A DNA stretch of 64,000 bases from Schmidtea polychroa (lineage: Eukaryota). The notes under the pieces were generated by a model, which saw nothing but the letters and a program-made list of their open reading frames with translations, made no database searches and had not been told where the DNA came from. The stretch covers positions 11,782,001 to 11,846,000 of the forward strand of contig CM097885.1 in NCBI GenBank assembly GCA_044892525.1, written 5' to 3'. Positions within the stretch are counted from its first letter, which is position 1; each line of letters opens with the position of its first letter. Below are positions 61,918-64,000 of this stretch, in pieces. A program made the position numbers and the translations under genes.

Positions 61918-63999
61918 CTATTGATCTTCGTCCCATTCGCTGTCGTCAAAACTGGGACTTGGAGCTGCACTGAATTCCTCATCATATTCGCTTAATTCGT
62001 CAACTCCTAAATAATGCCCAAATGCGTAACTTAAGTTTTTTCCTAGCCACGCGCGCTTATCATCATTATTACTTAGGGCAATTTTCGAATTTTTAAAAGT
62101 AAAAAGTTGGTGATTTCTAGTACCTATTCTAGTCTGCGGTACAGAAATCACCTGATTTGAATTATAGCAATTTAGATATGTTTCATGATTTATTGATGTC
62201 CGAGATAATTTAACCCCCTTCGCTTTTACCGTTTCCTTACTACCTAAAAGACTATAACATTTAGGGCGTAAGAAAACCCATTCAGAATACCCTAATCCCT
62301 TGCTCTCATCTTTAAACTTCCCGATGACCGAGTCAAGGTTCCTACTATACAAGGGGTGGGTTGGATCGTAATTTGACGTATCCAATAAATTATCTGAGAT
62401 CATTTGAGGTAATAGAGTTGTTAATTTTAAATTTTTAATTTCTAAAAAGAAACTGTCGGTATCACCGGCAATAATATTAATTATATATTTATATTGGCGT
62501 CTGTACTTCTCCAAATCAATATATTGGAGCTGGTACATCCGCAGTTTAGACAGATCTAGTACTGTTTGACCAATGTAGCTAGGTCTGTCTAAACAAATCA
62601 CATCTTTTTCCAAATGTGCCGCAATCAGATCGTTATCGATTCTTATGGACTTTCTGAAAGTCGGCTTTGAGGAGTATACTATCATCTTTTCGGATGAATT
62701 ACACAACCTCAAATTCATTCTTTTTTTCAAATTTTCAACCGATTTACCGTAAAGAGAGTTATTATACAATTTAAACAAGTCCCTATATATCTCGCTAGTA
62801 GACTGAGATCGTAAAGTGGTGTTGGTGTCTATGTAGGATTTAAAGATAGGTCCTTGTTTAAACTTTATACACCTATGAATATTTACAACAACCGCACCTA
62901 ATTCTATATACAATTTGAGAAGCCTCCAATGAAGAACATAGTTCCTCTTTGGCCAATGCGTAAGCATAAGCTTCTCAACTTTTGAATTAGGTGGGCACAA
63001 CTTTTCCGGCGCAAGCGGAAAATCATTCAAAAAGTCATGCACACATTCCGGAATATCGATATCGACCTCCATAGTATACCCATATGGAAGGTTATCAATA
63101 TCCGTGTTCATACATTCAAGTAAAACATCATTCAAGTTATTATTCACCCAAGAAAAATCACCATACGGAAGATTTTGGCTAAGAGCCCAACCATACAGAT
63201 TATTTATATCAATGTACAATAATTCTGTATCATCTGAAGTAGCCGTGTAATGTTTGTTAACAAATGTTAACCCACCCCGGATACCTCCCTCATAGAAATT
63301 ATACATTTCCATGTCCTGCAGAAGTTCTATTGGTTCCGTTAATGTCATAAGCGCTGAGGCCCATGACATACCGGGAATCCCGTAGAAATTAAGAGGATCC
63401 AGACCATTGTAAGCAATTGCCTTACCGCGGAATTGCTGAAAATAATCTGCGAGGAGGTATACGTCCAATTTTAGGTAGATTAACATATAATCTAACAAAT
63501 TATTACAGTTATGCTGACTCCAAATTAGTTGAGCCTCAGCGTACTGATCTTCCGTAACATCAGACCAAATAGGAGGTAATTCTAAAGTCGATTCAAGAAC
63601 ATCTAAAGAAGTAGCGAAATTATATGGAAAGATACCTTTAGAGTGAATCATCGACCCTTGAAAGACAGACGAAGTCAAAGGAAAAGTAGTTAAGGTTTTC
63701 ACAGCTTTTGCTAAAGAACAATTAACAAATTGCATGCTGTCAATAAAACGAACAGGCAATTTGTTAATATATGCAATTAAAGATATAAATTTTTCTGTAG
63801 AGGTAGGTATAATATTAAGTTCCCAAAGGGGAAAATCACTGAGACCATGTTTTAAAATATGGTGGAGGTCATAGCCTCGTAAATTATGAAAGACAACAGG
63901 TAACAATTTATTAATCCTGCGAGAGACATTGCATTTCCTACATGCCGCTCCGACATATCTACCTGTAAAATGACAATGATCTCTCACAGGATTAATAAT
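61918..63999 (-). CDS. polB: Protein-primed family B DNA polymerase (Polinton type), 5' part outside window
   Basis: RDHCHFTG, FHNLRGYD, KGIFPY, YIDINNLYG, KLYNNSLYGK, AGDTDSF and DDKR. The frame stays open to the window edge. Confidence 0.95.
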   Translation of the reverse strand: MINPVRDHCHFTGRYVGAACRKCNVSRRINKLLPVVFHNLRGYDLHHILKHGLSDFPLWELNIIPTSTEKFISLIAYINKLPVRFIDSMQFVNCSLAKAVKTLTTFPLTSSVFQGSMIHSKGIFPYNFATSLDVLESTLELPPIWSDVTEDQYAEAQLIWSQHNCNNLLDYMLIYLKLDVYLLADYFQQFRGKAIAYNGLDPLNFYGIPGMSWASALMTLTEPIELLQDMEMYNFYEGGIRGGLTFVNKHYTATSDDTELLYIDINNLYGWALSQNLPYGDFSWVNNNLNDVLLECMNTDIDNLPYGYTMEVDIDIPECVHDFLNDFPLAPEKLCPPNSKVEKLMLTHWPKRNYVLHWRLLKLYIELGAVVVNIHRCIKFKQGPIFKSYIDTNTTLRSQSTSEIYRDLFKLYNNSLYGKSVENLKKRMNLRLCNSSEKMIVYSSKPTFRKSIRIDNDLIAAHLEKDVICLDRPSYIGQTVLDLSKLRMYQLQYIDLEKYRRQYKYIINIIAGDTDSFFLEIKNLKLTTLLPQMISDNLLDTSNYDPTHPLYSRNLDSVIGKFKDESKGLGYSEWVFLRPKCYSLLGSKETVKAKGVKLSRTSINHETYLNCYNSNQVISVPQTRIGTRNHQLFTFKNSKIALSNNDDKRAWLGKNLSYAFGHYLGVDELSEYDEEFSAAPSPSFDDSEWDEDQ

Positions 64000-64000
64000 A

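Overview
AT-rich eukaryotic genomic DNA with very short (41-56 nt) GT-AG introns and long (AAT)n tracts. An invertebrate host such as a triclad flatworm is plausible but cannot be proven from the sequence. The window holds four Polinton/Maverick (adintovirus-like) units, all with AGTAG termini. (1) The right end of one element (protein-primed PolB plus subterminal repeats) ends at about 3822. (2) A 1.6-kb non-autonomous mini-element lies at 8328-9928. (3) A near-complete 14.4-kb endogenous virus at 27281-41708 encodes major and minor capsid proteins, integrase, packaging ATPase, a pX-like protein, adenain protease, a fibre-like protein and a frameshifted PolB. (4) The end of a fourth element starts at 59471, with an AP-1/NR5A-like motif array, a probably spliced RING gene and PolB. 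Three host genes were reconstructed: a DHHC palmitoyltransferase, an ankyrin-Rmt2 methyltransferase and prohibitin-2. There are also many decayed hAT, Merlin, piggyBac, Tc1, Gypsy and LINE remnants. The most unusual signals are in the central virus: two paralogous tRNA-like Pol III units (candidate analogues of adenovirus VA RNAs), a zinc finger-PLA2-integrase fusion ORF, a free-standing copy of the PolB C-terminus, and an internal inverted terminus. Family assignments come from motif recognition by eye; no database search was run.
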